Shown here piece after piece: positions 11,096-21,826 of a stretch of DNA of 54,572 nt (the stretch's first letter is position 1; every line of letters starts with the position of its first letter). This stretch comes from Chromera velia (lineage: Eukaryota): the NCBI GenBank assembly GCA_018398765.1, contig JAHBMJ010000177.1:1-54572 (forward strand), written 5' to 3'. Position numbers and translations under genes: made by a program. The notes under the pieces were generated by a model. It was not told the DNA's origin, made no database searches, and saw nothing but the letters and a program-made list of their open reading frames with translations.

Positions 11096-13803
11096 GTCCC
11101 CGAAAGAGAGGAGCAGCGAGAAAGGGACGCCCGCAGAGAATTGCAGGGGTCAGGAGGAGGAGGACGCAGCGAGGAGACGATGCTCGGGAGGGTGTGGAAG
11201 CGAGGACACGGGCTGCTGCCGCGGACGGAAGAAGTAGAAGGAAGGTGGGACGAAGGACTAGACCTGGACCCGGACTCCCTAGACCAGCAGTGGAAGAAGG
11301 AGATAGAGGGGATGTACGGGACCGCAGAATCGTTCCTGTACGGCGAGGAAGAGGGGGGGGACGGGGCAGAGGAAGATAGACGGGAGGCCATAGTCTATGG
11401 CCTCCCGCCCCGGCCTATAGTAGACAAAGGTATAGAGATGATGGAGGCTGTGCGGTGAGCACTAAGACAGGAGAGCGAGAGAAGAAAAAGAGAAACAAAG
11501 AGGGCAGGGGAAGGAGAAGCTGCGGCAGCAAACCGCCCAACGAACTGGGCTCAAACAATAACGACACACATCTTCCCCCCTCCACTGCCTACAGGACCCC
11601 CTCCCCCTCCCCCGACTCCACCCACACACCAGAGGAGGCCCCCTCCCCCGCCCCCTCCCGCCGGCCCCCGACTACAAATTTGCAGGGAGAGCATGAGGCC
11701 TTGGCGACCCGGACCCCCGCAAACCGCAAACGGAGCGAACGTGAGGCCCCGGCTGGCTGCTCCCCAGCAACCCGTAGACGGGGGAAATCCTAGGACCGGG
11801 CTGCCCCCCCCCTCGCCGCCTGTGAACAGGGAGAACGTGAGACCCAGACTACTCGGCAGAGGAGACACAGGGGTGGGAGGAGGGGAAGAGGAAGCGGTGC
11901 CATGGCAGAGGGCGTGGGTCAGGACTGGAGGAGAGCAGGCGCTGGGTACTAGAGTGGGGAGATACTATCCCAAGCCCCACGTATACCCAGCCAGTGGTAC
12001 CAGCCTACCAGTAGTCTACCATGCCCCCCCCCCAGGATAGAATGGGGGGATGGCGAGGCCATGGGTGAGACAGCACAGCATGGAACCCCTCCCCCTACCC
12101 CCGACCCAGCCAGCAACCAGGACGGCACAGACAACATGGAGGGGATGGAGGGAAGGAGCGTAGTGGGACACACAGGGAGCATGAACATGAAAGGAGACGG
12201 GCGACCATGGACGACACAGGGAGGAGACGGGGAGCGGGGCGGCGGGCTGGGTACACGGAGGAGCCGCGATCCCCAGGCCCTAGAAAGAGAGACAACGAGT
12301 AAAGCGGGGCCCAAAAAGGCCCCGGGAGAGGATGGGGAGGGAGCAGGAAAGGGGAGAAAGAGAAAGATAGAGGAAAGGGAGCCACAGGGGGGACAGGGGG
12401 AGAGAAAGAGTCGACCATTGACAGGGCACAAAGAGGCTCTGGGCAGACATGTGCAGGTAGATGAAGAAACAGGGCACAAAGGGGTCCTGAGGGGAGTTAG
12501 GCAGCAAGAAGAGACAGGTTACTGGCACATGAAAAATTTTAAAGCGAAAGGGTTCTGGAAAAGAGAGAGAGAACGGCTCTACCGAGGGAGAAAAGAAGGA
12601 GAAGTGGGTTTTGAGAGGCACACAGGACGGATAAGCATGGAAAGGGGACGAGAAAGAGCGTCAGAACCAAAAGAAACCCCGGAGAGGGGAGGAAACACCA
12701 GAGGGGGAAGAGAAGACCAGGGGAGGGGAGGGGCGACGCTGGAGACAGAAAATGAAGACTCGGAGTCTAAAGAGACACGGAAGAAGGGAGGGAATGGGAA
12801 CAAGGGAAAAGATCAAAGGGGAGCGGCATCGACGAAAAGAAGGGAAGTTGATGAAGCGGGGCCCAAAGAGGCCTTGAGGGGGGCACAGTGGGGGGAGGGG
12901 GGGGGCAGGGAGGGGCGGCATCGTTACCAAAAGGAAAGAACGAAGGCACGCGGCCCAAAGCGGCCGAGGGGGAGGGTGGACAGGGGGAAAAGAGGGAACA
13001 AGAAAGGGAGGAGTCGCCGTCGGAAGGGGAGGAAAATGATACGGGGCCCAGGAGGGCCTCGAGGGAGGAGAAAAGGCAGAAGGTGGAGAGAGTCCCAGCA
13101 AGAGAGTGCGGAGAAGAGGGACAAAGTGAAGAGGAAGGGCTGTACGCAATGCAGGGGGGTTCCGATAGGGAACAAAACCCGGAGGCGGCATAGAGGAACT
13201 CAGAACGATCGTATGGCTGCTTGGTCTCTAAAATTTCGGAACCGTTCGAAGATGGAGGGCCAGGGGTGGAAGAGGGGGGAAGAGAGAGACTGAACTTTGA
13301 GGGAACCGGAGGAGGGAGGACACTGATAGTAAGGTGCGTGAATGTAAGAGGGTCAGTAGCAAGAGTGGGATTGAGGCGGTTCATTGAGCTGCTTGAACTG
13401 ACGGACATACTAGTCTGTATGGAGACAAAGACGGTCATAGAGAACTTTAACACCCGTACACATTGGGGGGTTAACCTCCTATACAGGTATCGGGGAACAG
13501 GTGGAGAGGAGAAATTCATGACAAGCACAGGGGGGGTCGCCTTCTTCGTCAGAAAGGAACTCTCTCCCGCGGCACCCCCCAAAGTAGACAGAATCGCAGG
13601 GTCATGCGCGTTGGTAGTTATATGACCGGCGTGGGCAGGGTGGGATGCACCGATCATGGTCGTAGGGGTATACGTACCGGGGGAGAGCTCAAAATTCTTC
13701 AGGAGCGGGATCGACTCGCCTTGGGACGAGGTGAAAGCATGGATGAGACAAGCGGACCCCAGGTGCCTGCGCCTGCTCTGCGGAGACATGAACGCACACA
13801 CAG

Positions 13804-14729
13804 GTAACGTCACCTCGGGGAATGATCGAATGAATACGGGATCATGGAGGCACATGAATGAGCAAACAGATAGATAGATAGATGGATGGATGCATGGACA
13901 GAGAGATAGATGGATGGATGAATAGACAGAGAGATAGATAACTGGATGGAAGGATAGAGGGAGGGGGGAAAGAATGGGAGGATAGATGGATGGATGGGCA
14001 TATAGATGGATAGATGGGTGGATGGATGGATGCATGGATGGATGGATGGATGGATGGATGGATAGATGGATGCATGGATGTATAGATAGATGCATGGATG
14101 GATGGATGGAGGGATGACTGGATGGATGGATGGATGGATGGATGGATAGACAGGTGGATGGATGGGTGGATGAACGAGTGGATGAAGGGACAGATGGGCA
14201 GGGATGGACGGATGGAGGGATGGATGATGGATGGAGGAATGGATGGAGAAAGGAACAGATGAATGAATAGATGGATGAATGAAGAGATTGATAGATGGAT
14301 AGATGGATGGGAAGATAGATGGGTAAAAGGATAGATAGATGGGTAGATAGAGTCTGGTGGATAGATAGATATGTGGATCAATGGATGGATGAGTGGATGG
14401 AAGAATGGAATAGAAGTGGAGGAATGACAAGTGACGGGATCGATCTATAGATGGATGGATGGATGGATGGATAGATGGATAGATGGGTAGATGAAATACA
14501 GATGGAATGTAAATAGATGGATGGATAGAAGAATGGATGGATAATAACTTTGAAGCACGGGTGGAAGAATAGATGAAATAACAATAGATAAAGGAGAGGA
14601 TATGGACGGATGAATAAGTAGATAGACGGATAGAATAAGAATGGACGGAGGGATGAACGAATGGGTGGACGGAAGGCTGGATGAATGGATGGAGAAATGA
14701 AGGAATGAATGGATGGATGGCGCATACAG
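13804..14729 (+). other. LINE intron 4 (putative, phase 1, (GGAT)n-rich, 926 bp) inside the endonuclease domain
   Basis: ACAG|GTAACG ... gcataCAG|GT. The length is not a multiple of 3, and removal gives GDMNAHTG-NVCLGVRW in frame with the 14681..16174 ORF. Confidence 0.85.
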
Positions 14730-17693
14730 GTAACGTCTGCCTGGGAGTGAGATGGCCAGGGAGGACGAGACCGACGGGGGACTTAGAGGAAGAGGAGGGG
14801 GGGGAGGGCGCATCAGGGCCGGTTGGTGGATGGGGAGGGGCGGCAGCGATCTCGGCTTCCACCGGTAGTACGGAGGCAGGGGGGCATAGGGGAAGTATGG
14901 GGGATAGTGGGGGTGTGTGGCTGCGACTCGAGAGACATTCCAAAGATGGAAGACGGGTTGACGAGAACGGGGAGGAGCTACTTGATTTATGCAAAGGGGA
15001 ACAGATGGTTTTGCTGCCAGGGCTACGTTTACAGAGAGGAGCGGAGAATGGACTGCTGTTTAAGGCCCCGACAGGGTTGAGGCAGCCAGACCCTACTTAT
15101 CGAGAAAACACATACTTCCGGGCGGAGGAGGGGATCTCCACAATTGACTATATCGTGCTTGACGTTGGACTCCTGCCCAGGCTGGGCTCATTTACGATAA
15201 GAAGAGACAGACAGATTGGAATTGATCATACAATACTGACGGTAGGGCTGACGCCCGAGAGCAGAGGGGGGAACGACAGACCGGGGGGAGGGCCAGGGAG
15301 GGACCACAGGGGGAGAGAGATGAGGGGCGGAGACAGAGGTGAGGAGAAAAAGGAAATAGGGAACATGGAGGAACAAGAGAAGGATGAGCAGCTGCCAGAG
15401 GGATGGAAGTATGCCAGAAACGTAAAAGCAATATGGCCCCCCCCGTCAAAGGAAGAAACGAGAAAGATTGACAATTGTGAACAGATGAAAACCCTAGAAA
15501 GAAGACTGCGAGAAGCGATGGAGGTAATATTAAAGGGAAAAGAGTTACTGGAAGGGGTGAAATGGGAGGGGGAAGAGGAGAGATTTGAAGAGATATACGC
15601 AGAGTGGGCAAGGGGGATCAGGGAGGTGCTGGGGGGAGTATCAGCGGACACCACCAGATGTGTATACCCCCCAGACGAACAGAAAGATGAAGGGGCCTAC
15701 CGGAGGGGCCAGATACAGGGAACAGACAGGGGTGGCGAGACAGGTGGCACAAATGGGAGAGGGTGGAGAAGGCTGGTACAGAGATACGGGGCACCGAGGG
15801 CTGTGGGAGCGCAAAGAAGAGGAGGATGCAGAAGGTTCCCAGGTACGGTGATACAATTAAAACAGGAAGTGAGGAAAGCCAAAGCGTGCCTGGAAAGGTA
15901 CAGAAAGCGGGTAAGCAAGGCTGACCCCCAAGAAGTGAGGGCCTTGACAAAGGCGATGGGCCCGTTGTGTGAGACGTACCGGAGGGTAAAGATGGAGTAC
16001 CACGAAGCGGTGAGAGCATATCAAAGAAAGGACAGAGAGGAACAACAAAGATACTTGGGGAGGGCCATGATGGCGGGGATAAAGGGGATGTGGGAGGTTT
16101 TGAAGGAGCTGAAGAAGAAACAGAAAACGACAGAGGCACCGGTGGCAGTGGCAGGGGGGACAAACAGAAGATAGGAAGGCCCGGCAGGCTTGGAATTTGC
16201 GCAACACTTTGCATCGGTTTTCAGAAAGAAAGAGAGAGAAGGAGGCCAGAGGGGGGGGGCGGCAGAGGAAAAAGAAAGGGGAGAAGAAGGGAGAGAGGAA
16301 GGGGAGAGACCGAGAGTAGTAATAGAAGAGGGGGAATTGTTCACGGAAGAAGAGGTGATAAAACAGATCATGGCAACAAAAAAGAAGAAAGCGACTGGGC
16401 TGGATGGGGTGTCAGCAGAGCACCTTTACGTGTGGGTGGAGTCGGTGGTATTCAGGAGTACGGTGACATCGTTGTTCAATTTATTTTTGATGACAGGATG
16501 GGTGCCGAAGGAGTGGAACGACGGTTTGATTGCACCGATCATCAAGGCCGGGAAGCCTATGGCGGAGGCTGGCTCCTACAGACCGATACATCTGCTGTCA
16601 CATGTCTCAAAGGTGTATAGCAGCCTTCTGGATAAACGAATCCAAGGGCAACAGGGAGTAAGTATTTGTAGGGAGCAGTTCGGGTTCCAGAAGGGAAAAG
16701 GGACAAGGGATGCGACGTTTATGTTAAGGCACCTCCTCATGAAACACAGAGAGCCGGGTTTGCACTGCGTCTTTGTTGACCTCAAAGAAGTATTCGACTC
16801 GGTGGACAGATGGTGATTGTGGGATAGATTGAGAGAGGAGAACGTGAAGGAGGGATACGTTAGAGCAGTGGCCTCACTTTACAGAGGGGTGAGGGCGTCG
16901 GTACTCTCGAAAGGACAGGGGGGGGGGAGGAAGGGAAACAGGCAGGGACGTTCTGGTTTCCAGAGCAGCGGGGAGTCAAGCAGGGAGACCCTCTCTCCCC
17001 TCTACTCTTCATGTTATACATCAACAACCTACCGACCTTTGTGAAGGAACAGAGGGACGAAAGGAGGGAGGACCCTCCCGGTAAGCCGCTTACGGTAGAG
17101 AACTAGGGGGGACACGTCGAAGTAGAGATGTTACTTTACGCAGACAACTTGGTAATTGTGGGGAAGAAGCAACAAAGAGTCCAATGGCTGTTGGAGGGAT
17201 TGGAGAGGTATTGTGAGGAAAGGGGGCTTATGGTGAACATGTTGAAGACCTATAGTGCATTTTTCGGCTCAGCGTGGAGGACTGAGGCATCAAGACAGAG
17301 CTTGAAGTATAGGGGGAAGGAGATCACGAGAGTGGAAGCTTTTCGATACCTTGGCACAGTCTTTACAAAAGATGGGAGTGTACGGCACAGCATAGAGGCA
17401 AAGATAAAGAGGGTGAGGGGGAAGATTCGTGTGGCACTCGGGCAACTGGCAGGGAGGACGATGCCAGCACTGGTGGTGACTGTGCAGATCTGCAGAGTGT
17501 TGACGGAGTCCATTTTCTTATACGATCTGGAAACAGCGGTGGTGGGAGAGGCAGAACTGAAGGCATTTGACGATATCTGCATCTGGTTATGTAGGAAAGT
17601 TTTGAGGGCACCAAATTTTTCCTCAAGGGCACACACGCTCGCAGAATTTGGATTGAGGCCGGCAAAGTTCCTCTTGGTACGGAGGTCCCTGAG

Positions 17694-18066
17694 GTATATA
17701 TATGAGCGCGTGCATATACGTGTGTGTGTGTGTGTGTATGTGTGTGTGTGTGTATGTATGTGTGTGTGTGTGTATGTATGTGTGTGTGTGTGTGTGTGTG
17801 TGCGTGTGTGTGTGTGACACTGTATGTGTATGTGTGTGTGTGTATGTGTGTGTGGGTAGGTGGGTGTATGTGGGTGGGTGTGTACGAGGGTTGTATACAA
17901 GCGTGGGTGTATATGAGCGCGTGAGTGCATACATATGTACGTTAAGTATACTCATGAATGTGGACGGGCGCATGGATACGGGGGCAACTGTGCATAAGCG
18001 TAAGAGGGTTGTGTCTATTCTCTCTCTCTCCCTCTCTCCCTCTCTCTCTCTCTCCCTCTCTCTCCC

Positions 18067-18120
<54 letters not shown>

Positions 18121-18762
18121 TCCCTCTACCCATCTCTATCTCCTTCCCTCCCCAAGTATATGGATATGTGTGTGTCTATAAAAGGGGGGGTGTAAGTATG
18201 TGTATGTATCTACACGTCGTGTATACGTGTGTGTGCGTGAGTGTATGAGTGTGTAAGTGCATGAGTGTGTGAGAGTGAGTGAGCGAGGAAGTGAAAATGC
18301 GGAAGTGTGAGCATAAGGCTGAATCTGGGAATGAGTGGGGGTGTGAGGGTGCGTACATGGGTGCGTAGGGGTATGTGTGTGTGTGAGTTCGCGTGGGTAT
18401 CTGTATGTGTGAGTACGTACGTGTGACTCAGTTTGCGGGAACCGATGTGCATGGGTGTGTGTGTGTGAGAGAGAGAGAGAGTCTGAGAGTGTGAGAGTGT
18501 GTGTGCATATACGTGTGTGTGTATGTGTGTGTGTGTGTATGTGTGTGTGTATGTGTATGTGTGTGTGTATATGTGTGTCTGTGTATGTGTATGCATAGGT
18601 GGGTAGGTGTGGGGGCATGTGTGTGTGTGTGTGGGTGTGAGTGTGTGTGTGTGAGTGAGTGTGGGTCTGTGTGGATGTGTGTGTGAGTGTGTGTGTGTGG
18701 GGGGGGGGTACATATAAGTGTGGGAAACAGGGCGTATGGACGGACTGCATGGGTGACCGCAG
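17694..18762 (+). other. LINE intron 5 (putative, phase 2, TG/TC-rich, 1069 bp) downstream of the RT domain
   Basis: CTGAG|GTATAT ... ggtgaccgCAG|G. The length is not a multiple of 3, and removal gives LVRRSLR-YVYQLISREKD in frame. Confidence 0.85.
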
Positions 18763-20345
18763 GTACGTGTATCAGCTGATATCGAGGGAGAAGGACAACC
18801 TATGTAGCCTGGTTATGCAAGAGAGGGTACACACGTACAAGGTCTCCCTGCTAAGCCCCCAGGAGCAGGGGGGATTCATAGCACACGTTGCAGACATGGC
18901 ACAACTTGCCGAGGTGGAGATGGGGGCGGTACTCAACCCCTTCTTCAGGAGACCAGCACGCATAGAAAGGGCGGCGGAGAGGTGGGCAGAAAAGGTCGAT
19001 GCCGGATTGGCAAAGTCGCTGAAAGAAAGCCTGACGCGGGCGGAGGATTGGGGGACAGACGAGTCAAGGAATGGGCAGCGAGGCCAGGCGGGGGCCCCGG
19101 CAACAGCCCACCCCAGAGAACAAAGGAACTGTCGGCGATATACGCAGCGGACTCGTCCGATATCAGACAGACGAAGCTTTTGTGGAAGTTTGAGAGAGAC
19201 AACTTGTTTGCTACTCCTCGGCCACAGAGATACCTGCTAGAGCAGGGAATCTGTTTTGCACATCGGAAAGCGGTGTTCTGCTGGAGGGTGGGGACTTGCT
19301 CTACACCTTACAGATCGGTAAGGAGAAGGGGGGCAGAGAAGCTTGACCCCGGGGCGAGATGCGGAGAGGCAGAGTGCGCCAGGGGGAGGCAGGCGCCGCC
19401 CCCAGCAGACGAACTGCACCTGCTGACTGCTTGTGCGAAGACAGGGGAGAGGAGGCGACAGATAGAGGAACTGGACAGGGATACGCCGAAAGCCTCTGCG
19501 TTCTCGTTTGGCGTGATGGAGTGGGACGAAAGAGTCTACGTGAAGACATTAGGGCCTCTCCTCCACTTCAGAACAGAAGAGATGGCAAGGAAGTTGTATG
19601 AGATGTACAAGGAGCTTGACGCAGCGAGGAGGAGGGGAGAATTTTGAGGGATTCAAGGACTAGTCAGTACTTCGAGAGAGTATGGATAAACCAGCCAAGG
19701 ACCAGGCGGCAAGGACCCTGCACAGGCCGTATCATGCGTTATAAGGAATTAAGTGTGTACGAGTGCGTTCGCGCACATGAGGGTGCGCATAGTTGTGTGT
19801 ACTATGTGTATGTATGAGTGTGTGTACGTGTGTGTATGAGTATGTGTGCGTGTACGCGTGTATGAGTATATGTGTGAGCACCACCACCTGTGGAGATGCC
19901 TCGGCTAGTCAATGATGATACCCCCAGAGGTAAGTAGTCACTAGAGCAGTACAGGTCTGCCTATGCAAAAGCAAAATACCACCAGCTGGTGGTGGCAGCC
20001 GGTATGGGGTGGAGGATGACCGGTGTCTAGTAGGCCCCCAGGTTGGAGAGGTGCATGCATATTCCAGGGGTGGTGGGATTGCCGTGTGGACGCCTCCGGT
20101 TACCTTGTCTGTCTGGTTCGGGGATCGGTAGCTGTGTTGGGTGGTCGCCATGCAAACTGATCAGTCACAGTGGCCAAGGTTTTCCCTAAAAGACAATGCA
20201 AGTCTGCATGCTTGCAAGGGTTTTTAGTCAAGGACCACTCTAGGATGCGACAGATTCGAACGGCCTAGGTAGAATGCATAGGGGTGGGAGACTCCTGTAC
20301 AGGAGATGCCCTGCAAGCCGTAGCCCCGCAGGCCGAGAGTCTGCC

Positions 20346-20365
20346 ACAATACAACACAATACAAT
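20346..20365 (+). repeat. LINE 3' tail of (ACAAT)n pentamers
   Basis: ACAAT ACAAC ACAAT ACAAT lies directly after a terminal stem-loop, ~700 bp after the ORF2 stop. Confidence 0.75.
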
Positions 20366-20666
20366 GCATCTACCCGCCCGCGGCCAGCACGGACTCAAAC
20401 TGTGGGTGGAGGCCCCGGCATACCCCCAAGGGGTATTAAAGTCTATTTAAAGTCTTGGATCGCCCGGCCGCGCATGCATGGAAGCAAGCTAGCATGCAAA
20501 GCATCCATTCGGTCTGAACGTCGAGTCAATATGAGTCAACCTGAGTCAACAAGACCCTGGCAATCCGTGCGCTTTTCACACTCCCGATCCGACTAAACGA
20601 CTGGCACCTGTAAGGTGGTGCACTTCTGTTAACTGATTTGAAGAAGCCCATCACCCATAGAGAAGC

Positions 20667-21733
20667 ATGGAAGGTTCCACCGTTCCGACAGATAGAATAC
20701 TCCTCGGGGGGTTGTTGGGGGTTCTTGTCATGGTCGTCCTCGAGTTGAAGAAGTGTCGAAAGGCCCTGAGAACATCCAGAAGAGAGTGCAAGGAACTCCG
20801 CCAGGCGTCCGAATCCTCAACGAACCCCTTGGGAGACCAGAAAGGACAACAGACTGAACCAGAGGAGCAGAAACCCCTTCTCAGACCTCCAGAAGAGTTT
20901 GGCCCTCTGTTTGGAAGAGAAAATGTCGAAAAGCTCTTTCAACCCTCCGAGACTGAATTCAAGGACTTTGTGAAACGCCAAGTCCCATGCGTAATTCAGG
21001 TCCGTCGCGTCCCCTTTTGTCTCCACCTCTCCAAAGTGCCGTCTCCTCCTCAGCCACCAACGTACATGCACCCGTCTACATGCACTCAGCTTAAATGTCT
21101 GCTGTGATGCATGCAGGGTTTAGACCTCGGCGAGTGTCTTCAGACGTGGACACCAGAAGCACTCAAAAAACAAATCGGTAAGGCTGCATGGATGGATTGG
21201 GTGGATTGTGTTCCAGTAACGTGTGCCAGTGTATCGAGAGAGGTGTCGTTCCCGTTGAGTTGGCAAGAACAGATGAAATAAGATCGAAGGGACAGCTAGA
21301 AAGAGTCTCGAGAGAAGTCGATTGGAAGAAGAGGAAAGACACATAGACTTCTTCTCTCTTCTCCCTCTGCAGGTGCGCGCGAGGTGTCAGTGCACGTTTC
21401 CAAGCACCCCCTTCTGGATTTTGTGCGCAAAAACTTTGAGTACAAGCTGATGACCATACAGCAGGTACATCAGGATTGGTGTTTGCCTTTGTGTCTTTTC
21501 GTGAGCCAGCGATGCGGAAAGAGAAGAGAAGGGAGGGAGACGTAGCGTGTCTTTCTGTGTTCTATCTATACGGGACCATCCAGCATCCTGACTGACAATG
21601 TGGCTGACCATGTCTGTGCGTCGTGTTCGAGGCTTTCTGCAGCTGTGAGCATGTCTGTCTGGAAAAACAGGACCGAGCAGGTCCGACTGTTCTGCGCCAT
21701 TCTGTATTTGTCTCTTCCTTCCGTGTGTGTAAA

Positions 21734-21785
<52 letters not shown>

Positions 21786-21787
21786 TG

Positions 21788-21826
<39 letters not shown>

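Larger units (their letters stand above)
5002..13293 (+). pseudogene. ORF1-like region of the LINE (R/E/G/P-rich, function unknown), spliced and disrupted by stops
   Basis: The ORF fragments at 5002, 5272, 5563, 5842 and 6334 are all in one frame, separated only by point stops. It continues in frame through exons 7753-7944, 10003-10173+10769-10789 and 11096 onward. There is a probable frameshift at the poly-C run ~12024-12033. Confidence 0.7.
12888..19647 (+). pseudogene. LINE ORF2: AP-like endonuclease + reverse transcriptase + C-terminal CCHC zinc knuckle; inactivated
   Basis: APE motifs: CVNVRG, DILVCMETK, GGVAFFV, GVYVP, GDMNAHTG, NGEELLDLC, STIDY, IDH. RT motifs: KATGLDG, YRPIHLL, QFGFQKG, FVDLKEVFDSV, GVKQGDPLSPLLF, YADN (degenerate YADD), FRYLG. 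Knuckle: RCGEAEC...DELHLLTAC. Stops at 13191, 13623, 16172, 16814 and 17104; frameshifts near 16920 and ~19050. The true start is uncertain. Confidence 0.95.
3377..20363 (+). mobile_element. Degenerate, apparently full-length non-LTR retrotransposon (APE-type LINE, architecture resembling RTEX/L1-group elements) carrying five intron-like interruptions
   Basis: APE, RT and CCHC motifs occur in order on the + strand. 3' tail ACAAT-ACAAC-ACAAT-ACAAT at 20346-20365. Candidate target-site duplication ATGCATGTA (3368-3376) / ATGCATCTA (20364-20372). The 3' boundary is good, while the 5' boundary and clade are less certain. Confidence 0.85.

Noticed and set aside
12767..14994. Minus-strand (IHPS)n ORFs of 442 and 394 aa
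   Set aside because: Antisense reading of the (GGAT)n intron and of LINE coding sequence
5251..17106. Stop-codon reassignment as the explanation for the in-frame stops in the LINE
   Set aside because: All three stop types occur, the duplicated exon shows CGA>TGA and CAA>TAA directly, frameshifts and YADN are also present, and host genes use the standard code
12888..19647. Penelope-like element, group II intron or telomerase as the intron-bearing RT
   Set aside because: An N-terminal APE endonuclease plus LINE-type RT motifs and a CCHC knuckle, with no GIY-YIG domain seen
20150..20350. Hammerhead ribozyme in the 3' UTR
   Set aside because: Stems are present but I found no CUGANGA/GAAA core in the right arrangement
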